Shown in pieces: positions 24,101 to 39,400 of a DNA stretch of 64,000 nt. The notes under the pieces are model-generated. The model made no database searches, was not told the DNA's origin, and saw only the letters and a list, made by a program, of their open reading frames with translations. Position numbers and translations under genes: made by a program. Location of the stretch: contig OZ059900.1 of assembly GCA_964057225.1 (NCBI GenBank), forward strand, positions 8,184,001-8,248,000, written 5' to 3'. The DNA is from Auanema rhodensis (Eukaryota; Animalia; Nematoda). Position 1 is the stretch's first letter; each line of letters starts with the position of its first letter.

Positions 24101-27100
24101 TATATGTTCAATTTTAACCACTTTGGTCAAAAAGGACCGAAAATATCAAGAATTATTGGTTTTTTGGGGATTGAAGGGCATTTTGGCAAAATCAGTCAAA
24201 CTTTTGATCTTAAGCATATTTTTTTCTTCTAAAACGACTAAATGTATGGAATACTGTCATAGAATGTTGATATAGGTGTATTTTGCACGAATATCGAAAC
24301 TGATTGAAATATGGGCCTTTTTATGCTCAAAACGCCATATATTCAACGATTTTGGGTACAAAACATGTGAAAACTGTATGTTTTGATCAGACCCTTTGAG
24401 ATATGGATTTGAAATTCAGGATTTATAAACTTCGACTATTTTTACATATATATGTCCAATTTTAACCACTTTGGTCAAAAAGGACCGAAAATATCAAGAA
24501 TTATTGGTTTTTTGGGGTTTGAAGGGCATTTTGGCTAAATCAGTCAAACTTTTGATCTTAAGCATATTTTTTTCTTCTAAAACGACTAAATTTATGAAAT
24601 ACTGTCATAGAATGTTCATATAGGTGTATTTTGCACGAATGGCAAAACTGATTGAAATATGGGCCTTTTTATGCTCAAAACGCCATATATTCAACGATTT
24701 TGGGTACAAAACATGTGAAAACTGTATGTTTTGATCAGACCCTTTGAGATATGGATTTGAAATTCAGGATTCATAAACTTTGACTATTTTTACATATATA
24801 TGTTCAATTTTAACCACTTTGGTCGAAAAGGACCGAAAATATCAAGAATTATTGGTTTTTTGGGGTTTGAAGGGCATTTTGGCTAAATCAGTCAAACTCT
24901 TGATCTTAAGCATATTTTTTTCTTCTAAAACGACTAAATGTATGAAATACTGTCATAGAATGTTCATATAGGTGTATTTTGCACGAATATCAAAACTGAT
25001 TGAAATATGGGCCTTTTTATGCTCAAAACGCCATATATTCAACGATTTTGGGTACAAAACATGTGAAAACTGTATGTTTTGATCAGACCCTTTGAGATAT
25101 GGATTTGAAATTCAGGATTCATAAACTTTGACTATTTTTACATATATATGTCCAATTTTAACCACTTTGGTCAAAAAGGACCGAAAATATCAAGAATTAT
25201 TGGTTTTTTGGGGTTTGAAGGGCATTTTGGCTAAATCAGTCAAACTTTTGATCTTAAGCATATTTTTTTCTTCTAAAACGACTAAATGTATGGAATACTG
25301 TCATAGAATCTTGATATAAGTGTATTTTGCACGAATATCAAAACTGATTGAAATATGGGCCTTTTTATGCTCAGAACGCCATATATTCAACGATTTTGGG
25401 TACAAAACATGTGAAAACTGTATGTTTTGATCAGACCCTTTGAGATATGGATTTGAAATTCAGGATTCATAAACTTCGACTATTTTCACATATATATGTT
25501 CAATTTTGACCACTTTGGTCAAAAAGGACCGAAAATATCAAGAATTATTGGTTTTTTGGGGTTTGAAGGACATTTTGGCTAAATCAGTCAAACTTTTGAT
25601 CTTAAGCATATTTTTTTCTTCTAAAACGACTAAATGTATGAAATACTGTCATAGAATGTTCATATAGGTGTATTTTGCACGAATATCAAAACTGATTGAA
25701 ATATGGGCCTTTTTATGCTCAAAACGCCATATATTCAACGATTTTGGGTACAAAACATGTGAAAACTGTATGTTTTGATCAGACCCTTTGAGATATGGAT
25801 TTCAAATTCAGGATTCATAAACTTTGACTATTTTTACATATATATGTCCAGTTTTAACCACTTTGGTCAAAAAGGACCGAAAATATCAAGAATTATTGGT
25901 TTTTTGGGGTTTGAAGGGCATTTTGGCAAAATCAGTCAAACTTTTGATCTTAAGCATATTTTTTTCTTCTAAAACGACTAAATGTATGAAATACTGTCAA
26001 AGAATGTTCATATAGGTGTATTTTGCACGAATATCAAAACTGATTGAAATATGGGCCTTTTTATGCTCAAAACGCCATATATTCAACGATTTTGGGTACA
26101 AAACATGTGAAAACTGTATGTTTTGATCAGACTCTTTGAGATATGGATTTGAAATTCAGGATTCATAAACTTTGACTATTTTTACATATATATGTTCAAT
26201 TTTAACCACTTTGGTCAAAAAGGACCGAAAATATCAAGAATTATTGGTTTTTTGGGGATTGAAGGGCATTTTGGCAAAATCAGTCAAACTTTTGATCTTA
26301 AGCATATTTTTTTCTTCTAAAACGACTAAATGTATGGAATACTGTCATAGAATGTTCATATAGGTGTATTTTGCACGAATATCAAAACTGATTGAAATAT
26401 GGGCCTTTTTATGCTCAAAACGCCATATATTCAACGATTTTGGGTACAAAACATGTGAAAACTGTATGTTTTGATCAGACCCTTTGAGATATGGATTTCA
26501 AATTCAGGATTCATAAACTTTGACTATTTTTACATATATATGTCCAGTTTTAACCACTTTGGTCAAAAAGGACCGAAAATATCAAGAATTATTGGTTTTT
26601 TGGGGATTGAAGGGCATTTTGGCAAAATCAGTCAAACTTTTGATCTTAAGCATATTTTTTTCTTCTAAAACGACTAAATGTATGGAATACTGTCATAGAA
26701 TGTTGATATAGGTGTATTTTGCACGAATATCGAAACTGATTGAAATATGGGCCTTTTTATGCTCAAAACGCCATATATTCAACGATTTTGGGTACAAAAC
26801 ATGTGAAAACTGTATGTTTTGATCAGACCCTTTGAGATATGGATTTGAAATTCAGGATTTATAAACTTCGACTATTTTTACATATATATGTCCAATTTTA
26901 ACCACTTTGGTCAAAAAGGACCGAAAATATCAAGAATTATTGGTTTTTTGGGGTTTGAAGGGCATTTTGGCTAAATCAGTCAAACTTTTGATCTTAAGCA
27001 TATTTTTTCCTTCTAAAACGACTAAATTTATGAAATACTGTCATAGAATGTTCATATAGGTGTATTTTGCACGAATGGCAAAACTGATTGAAATATGGGC

Positions 27101-30100
27101 CTTTTTATGCTCAAAACGCCATATATTCAACGATTTTGGGTACAAAACATGTGAAAACTGTATGTTTTGATCAGACCCTTTGAGATATGGATTTGAAATT
27201 CAGGATTCATAAACTTTGACTATTTTTACATATATATGTTCAATTTTAACCACTTTGGTCGAAAAGGACCGAAAATATCAAGAATTATTGGTTTTTTGGG
27301 GTTTGAAGGGCATTTTGGCTAAATCAGTCAAACTCTTGATCTTAAGCATATTTTTTTCTTCTAAAACGACTAAATGTATGAAATACTGTCATAGAATGTT
27401 CATATAGGTGTATTTTGCACGAATATCAAAACTGATTGAAATATGGGCCTTTTTATGCTCAAAACGCCATATATTCAACGATTTTGGGTACAAAACATGT
27501 GAAAACTGTATGTTTTGATCAGACCCTTTGAGATATGGATTTGAAATTCAGGATTCATAAACTTTGACTATTTTTACATATATATGTCCAATTTTAACCA
27601 CTTTGGTCAAAAAGGACCGAAAATATCAAGAATTATTGGTTTTTTGGGGTTTGAAGGGCATTTTGGCTAAATCAGTCAAACTTTTGATCTTAAGCATATT
27701 TTTTTCTTCTAAAACGACTAAATGTATGGAATACTGTCATAGAATCTTGATATAAGTGTATTTTGCACGAATATCAAAACTGATTGAAATATGGGCCTTT
27801 TTATGCTCAGAACGCCATATATTCAACGATTTTGGGTACAAAACATGTGAAAACTGTATGTTTTGATCAGACCCTTTGAGATATGGATTTGAAATTCAGG
27901 ATTCATAAACTTCGACTATTTTCACATATATATGTTCAATTTTGACCACTTTGGTCAAAAAGGACCGAAAATATCAAGAATTATTGGTTTTTTGGGGTTT
28001 GAAGGACATTTTGGCTAAATCAGTCAAACTTTTGATCTTAAGCATATTTTTTTCTTCTAAAACGACTAAATGTATGAAATACTGTCATAGAATGTTCATA
28101 TAGGTGTATTTTGCACGAATATCAAAACTGATTGAAATATGGGCCTTTTTATGCTCAAAACGCCATATATTCAACGATTTTGGGTACAAAACATGTGAAA
28201 ACTGTATGTTTTGATCAGACCCTTTGAGATATGGATTTCAAATTCAGGATTCATAAACTTTGACTATTTTTACATATATATGTCCAGTTTTAACCACTTT
28301 GGTCAAAAAGGACCGAAAATATCAAGAATTATTGGTTTTTTGGGGTTTGAAGGGCATTTTGGCAAAATCAGTCAAACTTTTGATCTTAAGCATATTTTTT
28401 TCTTCTAAAACGACTAAATGTATGAAATACTGTCAAAGAATGTTCATATAGGTGTATTTTGCACGAATATCAAAACTGATTGAAATATGGGCCTTTTTAT
28501 GCTCAAAACGCCATATATTCAACGATTTTGGGTACAAAACATGTGAAAACTGTATGTTTTGATCAGACTCTTTGAGATATGGATTTGAAATTCAGGATTC
28601 ATAAACTTTGACTATTTTTACATATATATGTTCAATTTTAACCACTTTGGTCAAAAAGGACCGAAAATATCAAGAATTATTGGTTTTTTGGGGATTGAAG
28701 GGCATTTTGGCAAAATCAGTCAAACTTTTGATCTTAAGCATATTTTTTTCTTCTAAAACGACTAAATGTATGGAATACTGTCATAGAATGTTGATATAGG
28801 TGTATTTTGCACGAATATCGAAACTGATTGAAATATGGGCCTTTTTATGCTTAAAACGCCATATATTCAACGATTTTGGGTACAAAACATGTGAAAACTG
28901 TATGTTTTGATCAGACTCTTTGAGATATGGATTTGAAATTCAGGATTCATAAACTTTGACTATTTTTACATATATATGTTCAATTTTAACCACTTTGGTC
29001 AAAAAGGACCGAAAATATCAAGAATTATTGGTTTTTTGGGGATTGAAGGGCATTTTGGCAAAATCAGTCAAACTTTTGATCTTAAGCATATTTTTTTCTT
29101 CTAAAACGACTAAATGTATGGAATACTGTCATAGAATGTTGATATAGGTGTATTTTGCACGAATATCGAAACTGATTGAAATATGGGCCTTTTTATGCTT
29201 AAAACGCCATATATTCAACGATTTTGGGTACAAAACATGTGAAAACTGTATGTTTTGATCAGACTCTTTGAGATATGGATTTGAAATTCAGGATTCATAA
29301 ACTTTGACTATTTTTACATATATATGTTCAATTTTAACCACTTTGGTCAAAAAGGACCGAAAATATCAAGAATTATTGGTTTTTTGGGGATTGAAGGGCA
29401 TTTTGGCAAAATCAGTCAAACTTTTGATCTTAAGCATATTTTTTTCTTCTAAAACGATTAAATGTATGGAATACTGTCATAGAATGTTGATATAGGTGTA
29501 TTTTGCACGAATATCGAAACTGATTGAAATATGGGCCTTTTTATGCTCAAAACGCCATATATTCAACGATTTTGGGTACAAAACATGTGAAAACTGTATG
29601 TTTTGATCAGACCCTTTGAGATATGGATTTGAAATTCAGGATTTATAAACTTCGACTATTTTTACATATATATGTCCAATTTTAACCACTTTGGTCAAAA
29701 AGGACCGAAAATATCAAGAATTATTGGTTTTTTGGGGTTTGAAGGGCATTTTGGCTAAATCAGTCAAACTTTTGATCTTAAGCATATTTTTTTCTTCTAA
29801 AACGACTAAATTTATGAAATACTGTCATAGAATGTTCATATAGGTGTATTTTGCACGAATGGCAAAACTGATTGAAATATGGGCCTTTTTATGCTCAAAA
29901 CGCCATATATTCAACGATTTTGGGTACAAAACATGTGAAAACTGTATGTTTTGATCAGACCCTTTGAGATATGGATTTGAAATTCAGGATTCATAAACTT
30001 TGACTATTTTTACATATATATGTTCAATTTTAACCACTTTGGTCGAAAAGGACCGAAAATATCAAGAATTATTGGTTTTTTGGGGTTTGAAGGGCATTTT

Positions 30101-33100
30101 GGCTAAATCAGTCAAACTCTTGATCTTAAGCATATTTTTTTCTTCTAAAACGACTAAATGTATGAAATACTGTCATAGAATGTTCATATAGGTGTATTTT
30201 GCACGAATATCAAAACTGATTGAAATATGGGCCTTTTTATGCTCAAAACGCCATATATTCAACGATTTTGGGTACAAAACATGTGAAAACTGTATGTTTT
30301 GATCAGACCCTTTGAGATATGGATTTGAAATTCAGGATTCATAAACTTTGACTATTTTTACATATATATGTCCAATTTTAACCACTTTGGTCAAAAAGGA
30401 CCGAAAATATCAAGAATTATTGGTTTTTTGGGGTTTGAAGGGCATTTTGGCTAAATCAGTCAAACTTTTGATCTTAAGCATATTTTTTTCTTCTAAAACG
30501 ACTAAATGTATGGAATACTGTCAAAGAATGTTCATATAGGTGTATTTTGCACGAATATCAAAACTGATTGAAATATGGGCCTTTTTATGCTCAAAACGCC
30601 ATATATTCAACGATTTTGGGTACAAAACATGTGAAAACTGTATGTTTTGATCAGACCCTTTGAGATATGGATTTGGAATTCAGGATTCATAAACTTTGAC
30701 TATTTTCACATATATATGTTCAATTTTAACCACTTTGGTCAAAAAGGACCGAAAATATCAAGAATTATTGGTTTTTTGGGGTTTGAAGGACATTTTGGCT
30801 AAATCAGTCAAACTTTTGATCTTAAGCATATTTTTTTCTTCTAAAACGACTAAATGTATGGAATACTGTCATAGAATCTTGATATAAGTGTATTTTGCAC
30901 GAATATCAAAACTGATTGAAATATGGGCCTTTTTATGCTCAAAACGCCATATATTCAACGATTTTGGGTACAAAACATGTGAAAACTGTATGTTTTGATC
31001 AGACCCTTTGAGATATGGATTTGAAATTCAGGATTCATAAACTTCGACTATTTTCACATATATATGTTCAATTTTAACCACTTTGGTCAAAAAGGACCGA
31101 AAATATCAAGAATTATTGGTTTTTTGGGGTTTGAAGGACATTTTGGCTAAATCAGTCAAACTTTTGATCTTAAGCATATTTTTTTCTTCTAAAACGACTA
31201 AATGTATGAAATACTGTCATAGAATGTTCATATAGGTGTATTTTGCACGAATATCAAAACTGATTGAAATATGGGCCTTTTTATGCTCAAAACGCCATAT
31301 ATTCAACGATTTTGGGTACAAAACATGTGAAAACTGTATGTTTTGATCAGACCCTTTGAGATATGGATTTCAAATTCAGGATTCATAAACTTTGACTATT
31401 TTTACATATATATGTCCAGTTTTAACCACTTTGGTCAAAAAGGACCGAAAATATCAAGAATTATTGGTTTTTTGGGGTTTGAAGGGCATTTTGGCAAAAT
31501 CAGTCAAACTTTTGATCTTAAGCATATTTTTTTCTTCTAAAACGACTAAATGTATGAAATACTGTCAAAGAATGTTCATATAGGTGTATTTTGCACGAAT
31601 ATCAAAACTGATTGAAATATGGGCCTTTTTATGCTCAAAACGCCATATATTCAACGATTTTGGGTACAAAACATGTGAAAACTGTATGTTTTGATCAGAC
31701 TCTTTGAGATATGGATTTGAAATTCAGGATTCATAAACTTTGACTATTTTTACATATATATGTTCAATTTTAACCACTTTGGTCAAAAAGGACCGAAAAT
31801 ATCAAGAATTATTGGTTTTTTGGGGATTGAAGGGCATTTTGGCAAAATCAGTCAAACTTTTGATCTTAAGCATATTTTTTTCTTCTAAAACGACTAAATG
31901 TATGGAATACTGTCATAGAATGTTGATATAGGTGTATTTTGCACGAATATCGAAACTGATTGAAATATGGGCCTTTTTATGCTCAAAACGCCATATATTC
32001 AACGATTTTGGGTACAAAACATGTGAAAACTGTATGTTTTGATCAGACCCTTTGAGATATGGATTTGAAATTCAGGATTTTTAAACTTCGACTATTTTTA
32101 CATATATATGTCCAATTTTAACCACTTTGGTCAAAAAGGACCGAAAATATCAAGAATTATTGGTTTTTTGGGGTTTGAAGGGCATTTTGGCTAAATCAGT
32201 CAAACTTTTGATCTTAAGCATATTTTTTTCTTCTAAAACGACTAATCTTATGAAATACTGTCATAGAATGTTCATATAGGTGTATTTTGCACGAATGGCA
32301 AAACTGATTGAAATATGGGCCTTTTTATGCTCAAAACGCCATATATTCAACGATTTTGGGTACAAAACATGTGAAAACTGTATGTTTTGATCAGACCCTT
32401 TGAGATATGGATTTGAAATTCAGGATTCATAAACTTTGACTATTTTTACATATATATGTTCAATTTTAACCACTTTGGTCAAAAAGGACCGAAAATATCA
32501 AGAATTATTGGTTTTTTGGGGTTTGAAGGGCATTTTGGCAAAATCAGTCAAACTTTTGATCTTAAGCATATTTTTTTCTTCTAAAACAACTATATGTATG
32601 AAATACTGTCATAGAATGTTCATATAGGTGTATTTTGCACGAATATCAAAACTGATTGAAATATGGGCCTTTTTATGCTCAAAACGCCATATATTCAACG
32701 ATTTTGGGTACAAAACATGTGAAAACTGTATGTTTTGATCAGACCCTTTGAGATATGGATTTGAAATTCAGGATTCATAAACTTCGACTATTTTCACATA
32801 TATATGTTCAATTTTAACCACTTTGGTCAAAAAGGACCGAAAATATCAAGAATTATTGGTTTTTTGGGGTTTGAAGGACATTTTGGCTAAATCAGTCAAA
32901 CTTTTGATCTTAAGCATATTTTTTTCTTCTAAAACGACTAAATGTATGAAATACTGTCATAGAATGTTCATATAGGTGTATTTTGCACGAATATCAAAAC
33001 TGATTGAAATATGGGCCTTTTTATGCTCAAAACGCCATATATTCAACGATTTTGGGTACAAAACATGTGAAAACTGTATGTTTTGATCAGACTCTTTGAG

Positions 33101-36100
33101 ATATGGATTTGAAATTCAGGATTCATAAACTTTGACTATTTTTACATATATATGTTCAATTTTAACCACTTTGGTCAAAAAGGACCGAAAATATCAAGAA
33201 TTATTGGTTTTTTGGGGATTGAAGGGCATTTTGGCAAAATCAGTCAAACTTTTGATCTTAAGCATATTTTTTTCTTCTAAAACGACTAAATGTATGGAAT
33301 ACTGTCATAGAATGTTGATATAGGTGTATTTTGCACGAATATCGAAACTGATTGAAATATGGGCCTTTTTATGCTTAAAACGCCATATATTCAACGATTT
33401 TGGGTACAAAACATGTGAAAACTGTATGTTTTGATCAGACTCTTTGAGATATGGATTTGAAATTCAGGATTCATAAACTTTGACTATTTTTACATATATA
33501 TGTTCAATTTTAACCACTTTGGTCAAAAAGGACCGAAAATATCAAGAATTATTGGTTTTTTGGGGTTTGAAGGACATTTTGGCTAAATCAGTCAAACTTT
33601 TGATCTTAAGCATATTTTTTTCTTCTAAAACGACTAAATGTATGAAATACTGTCATAGAATGTTCATATAGGTGTATTTTGCACGAATATCAAAACTGAT
33701 TGAAATATGGGCCTTTTTATGCTCAAAACGCCATATATTCAACGATTTTGGGTACAAAACATGTGAAAACTGTATGTTTTGATCAGACCCTTTGAGATAT
33801 GGATTTCAAATTCAGGATTCATAAACTTTGACTATTTTTACATATATATGTCCAGTTTTAACCACTTTGGTCAAAAAGGACCGAAAATATCAAGAATTAT
33901 TGGTTTTTTGGGGTTTGAAGGGCATTTTGGCAAAATTAGTCAAACTTTTGATCTTAAGCATATTTTTTTCTTCTAAAACGACTAAATGTATGAAATACTG
34001 TCAAAGAATGTTCATATAGGTGTATTTTGCACGAATATCAAAACTGATTGAAATATGGGCCTTTTTATGCTCAAAACGCCATATATTCAACGATTTTGGG
34101 TACAAAACATGTGAAAACTGTATGTTTTGATCAGACTCTTTGAGATATGGATTTGAAATTCAGGATTCATAAACTTTGACTATTTTTACATATATATGTT
34201 CAATTTTAACCACTTTGGTCAAAAAGGACCGAAAATATCAAGAATTATTGGTTTTTTGGGGATTGAAGGGCATTTTGGCAAAATCAGTCAAACTTTTGAT
34301 CTTAAGCATATTTTTTTCTTCTAAAACGACTAAATGTATGGAATACTGTCATAGAATGTTGATATAGGTGTATTTTGCACGAATATCGAAACTGATTGAA
34401 ATATGGGCCTTTTTATGCTCAAAACGCCATATATTCAACGATTTTGGGTACAAAACATGTGAAAACTGTATGTTTTGATCAGACCCTTTGAGATATGGAT
34501 TTGAAATTCAGGATTTATAAACTTCGACTATTTTTACATATATATGTCCAATTTTAACCACTTTGGTCAAAAAGGACCGAAAATATCAAGAATTATTGGT
34601 TTTTTGGGGTTTGAAGGGCATTTTGGCTAAATCAGTCAAACTTTTGATCTTAAGCATATTTTTTTCTTCTAAAACGACTAAATTTATGAAAGACTGTCAT
34701 AGAATGTTCATATAGGTGTATTTTGCACGAATGGCAAAACTGATTGAAATATGGGCCTTTTTATGCTCAAAACGCCATATATTCAACGATTTTGGGTACA
34801 AAACATGTGAAAACTGTATGTTTTGATCAGACCCTTTGAGATATGGATTTGAAATTCAGGATTCATAAACTTTGACTATTTTTACATATATATGTTCAAT
34901 TTTAACCACTTTGGTCAAAAAGGACCGAAAATATCAAGAATTATTGGTTTTTTGGGGTTTGAAGGGCATTTTGGCAAAATCAGTCAAACTTTTGATCTTA
35001 AGCATATTTTTTTCTTCTAAAACAACTATATGTATGAAATACTGTCATAGAATGTTCATATAGGTGTATTTTGCACGAATATCAAAACTGATTGAAATAT
35101 GGGCCTTTTTATGCTCAAAACGCCATATATTCAACGATTTTGGGTACAAAACATGTGAAAACTGTATGTTTTGATCAGACCCTTTGAGATATGGATTTGA
35201 AATTCAGGATTCATAAACTTTGACTATTTTTACATATATATGTCCAATTTTAACCACTTTGGTCAAAAAGGACCGAAAATATCAAGAATTATTGGTTTTT
35301 TGGGGTTTGAAGGGCATTTTGGCTAAATCAGTCAAACTTTTGATCTTAAGCATATTTTTTTCTTCTAAAACGACTAAATGTATGAAATACTGTCATAGAA
35401 TGTTCATATAGGTGTATTTTGCACGAATATCAAAACTGATTGAAATATGGGCCTTTTTATGCTCAAAACGCCATATATTCAACGATTTTGGGTACAAAAC
35501 ATGTGAAAACTGTATGTTTTGATCAGACCCTTTGAGATATGGATTTGAAATTCAGGATTCATAAACTTCGACTATTTTCACATATATATGTTCAATTTTA
35601 ACCACTTTGGTCAAAAAGGACCGAAAATATCAAGAATTATTGGTTTTTTGGGGTTTGAAGGACATTTTGGCTAAATCAGTCAAACTTTTGATCTTAAGCA
35701 TATTTTTTTCTTCTAAAACGACTAAATGTATGAAATACTGTCATAGAATGTTCATATAGGTGTATTTTGCACGAATATCAAAACTGATTGAAATATGGGC
35801 CTTTTTATGCTCAAAACGCCATATATTCAACGATTTTGGGTACAAAACATGTGAAAACTGTATGTTTTGATCAGACCCTTTGAGATATGGATTTGAAATT
35901 CAGGATTCATAAACTTTGACTATTTTTACATATATATGTCCAATTTTAACCACTTTGGTCAAAAAGGACCGAAAATATCAAGAATTATTGGTTTTTTGGG
36001 GTTTGAAGGGCATTTTGGCTAAATCAGTCAAACTTTTGATCTTAAGCATATTTTTTTCTTCTAAAACGACTAAATGTATGGAATACTGTCATAGAATCTT

Positions 36101-36455
36101 GATATAAGTGTATTTTGCACGAATATCAAAACTGATTGAAATATGGGCCTTTTTATGCTCAAAACGCCATATATTCAACGATTTTGGGTACAAAACATGT
36201 GAAAACTGTATGTTTTGATCAGACCCTTTGAGATATGGATTTGAAATTCAGGATTCATAAACTTCGACTATTTTCACATATATATGTTCAATTTTAACCA
36301 CTTTGGTCAAAAAGGACCGAAAATATCAAGAATTATTGGTTTTTTGGGGTTTGAAGGACATTTTGGCTAAATCAGTCAAACTTTTGATCTTAAGCATATT
36401 TTTTTCTTCTAAAACGACTAAATGTATGAAATACTGTCATAGAATGTTCATATAG

Positions 36456-39400
36456 GTGTATTTTGCACGAATATCAAAACTGATTGAAATATGGGCCTTT
36501 TTATGCTCAAAACGCCATATATTCAACGATTTTGGGTACAAAACATGTGAAAACTGTATGTTTTGATCAGACTCTTTGAGATATGGATTTGAAATTCAGG
36601 ATTCATAAACTTTGACTATTTTTACATATATATGTTCAATTTTAACCACTTTGGTCAAAAAGGACCGAAAATATCAAGAATTATTGGTTTTTTGGGGATT
36701 GAAGGGCATTTTGGCAAAATCAGTCAAACTTTTGATCTTAAGCATATTTTTTTCTTCTAAAACGACTAAATGTATGGAATACTGTCATAGAATGTTGATA
36801 TAGGTGTATTTTGCACGAATATCGAAACTGATTGAAATATGGGCCTTTTTATGCTTAAAACGCCATATATTCAACGATTTTGGGTACAAAACATGTGAAA
36901 ACTGTATGTTTTGATCAGACTCTTTGAGATATGGATTTGAAATTCAGGATTCATAAACTTTGACTATTTTTACATATATATGTTCAATTTTAACCACTTT
37001 GGTCAAGAAGGACCGAAAATATCAAGAATTATTGGTTTTTTGGGGATTGAAGGGCATTTTGGCAAAATCAGTCAAACTTTTGATCTTAAGCATATTTTTT
37101 TCTTCTAAAACGACTAAATGTATGGAATACTGTCATAGAATGTTGATATAGGTGTATTTTGCACGAATATCGAAACTGATTGAAATATGGGCCTTTTTAT
37201 GCTCAAAACGCCATATATTCAACGATTTTGGGTACAAAACATGTGAAAACTGTATGTTTTGATCAGACTCTTTGAGATATGGATTTGAAATTCAGGATTC
37301 ATAAACTTTGACTATTTTTACATATATATGTTCAATTTTAACCACTTTGGTCAAAAAGGACCGAAAATATCAAGAATTATTGGTTTTTTGGGGATTGAAG
37401 GGCATTTTGGCAAAATCAGTCAAACTTTTGATCTTAAGCATATTTTTTTCTTCTAAAACGACTAAATGTATGGAATACTGTCATAGAATGTTGATATAGG
37501 TGTATTTTGCACGAATATCGAAACTGATTGAAATATGGGCCTTTTTATGCTCAAAACGCCATATATTCAACGATTTTGGGTACAAAACATGTGAAAACTG
37601 TATGTTTTGATCAGACCCTTTGAGATATGGATTTGAAATTCAGGATTTATAAACTTCGACTATTTTTACATATATATGTTCAATTTTAACTACTTTGGTC
37701 AAACAGGACCGAAAATATCAAGAATTATTGGTTTTTTGGGGATTGAAGGGCATTTTGGCTAAATCAGTCAAACTTTTGATCTTAAGCATATTTTTTTCTT
37801 CTAAAACGACTAAATGTATGGAATACTGTCATAGAATGTTGATATAGGTGTATTTTGCACGAATATCGAAACTGATTGAAATATGGGCCTTTTTATGCTC
37901 AAAACGCCATATATTCAACGATTTTGGGTACAAAACATGTGAAAACTGTATGTTTTGATCAGACCCTTTGAGATATGGATTTGAAATTCAGGATTCATAA
38001 ACTTTGACTATTTTTACATATATATGTTCAATTTTAACCACTTTGGTCAAAAAGGACCGAAAATATCAAGAATTATTGGTTTTTTGGGGTTTGAAGGGCA
38101 TTTTGGCAAAATCAGTCAAACTTTTGATCTTAAGCATATTTTTTTCTTCTAAAACAACTATATGTATGAAATACTGTCATAGAATGTTCATATAGGTGTA
38201 TTTTGCACGAATATCAAAACTGATTGAAATATGGGCCTTTTTATGCTCAAAACGCCATATATTCAACGATTTTGGGTACAAAACATGTGAAAACTGTATG
38301 TTTTGATCAGACCCTTTGAGATATGGATTTGAAATTCAGGATTCATAAACTTTGACTATTTTTACATATATATGTTCAATTTTAACCACTTTGGTCAAAA
38401 AGGACCGAAAATATCAAGAATTATTGGTTTTTTGGGGTTTGAATGGCATTTTGGCAAAATCAGTCAAACTTTTGATCTTAAGCATATTTTTTTCTTCTAA
38501 AACGACTAAATGTATGGAATACTGTCATAGAATGTTGATATAAGTGTATTTTGCACGAATATCAAAACTGATTGAAATATGGGCCTTTTTATGCTCAAAA
38601 CGCCATATATTCAACGATTTTGGGTACAAAACATGTGAAAACTGTATGTTTTGATCAGACCCTTTGAGATATGGATTTGAAATTCAGGATTCATAAACTT
38701 TGACTATTTTTACATATATATGTCCAGTTTTAACCACTTTGGTCAAAAAGGACCGAAAATATCAAGAATTATTGGTTTTTTGGGGTTTGAAGGGCATTTT
38801 GGCAAAATCAGTCAAACTTTTGATCTTAAGCATATTTTTTTCTTCTAAAACGACTAAATGTATGAAATACTGTCAAAGAATGTTCATATAGGTGTATTTT
38901 GCACGAATATCAAAACTGATTGAAATATGGGCCTTTTTATGCTCAAAACGCCATATATTCAACGATTTTGGGTACAAAACATGTGAAAACTGTATGTTTT
39001 GATCAGACTCTTTGAGATATGGATTTGAAATTCAGGATTCATAAACTTTGACTATTTTTACATATATATGTTCAATTTTAACCACTTTGGTCAAAAAGGA
39101 CCGAAAATATCAAGAATTATTGGTTTTTTGGGGATTGAAGGGCATTTTGGCAAAATCAGTCAAACTTTTGATCTTAAGCATATTTTTTTCTTCTAAAACG
39201 ACTAAATGTATGGAATACTGTCATAGAATGTTGATATAGGTGTATTTTGCACGAATATCGAAACTGATTGAAATATGGGCCTTTTTATGCTCAAAACGCC
39301 ATATATTCAACGATTTTGGGTACAAAACATGTGAAAACTGTATGTTTTGATCAGACCCTTTGAGATATGGATTTGAAATTCAGGATTTATAAACTTCGAC

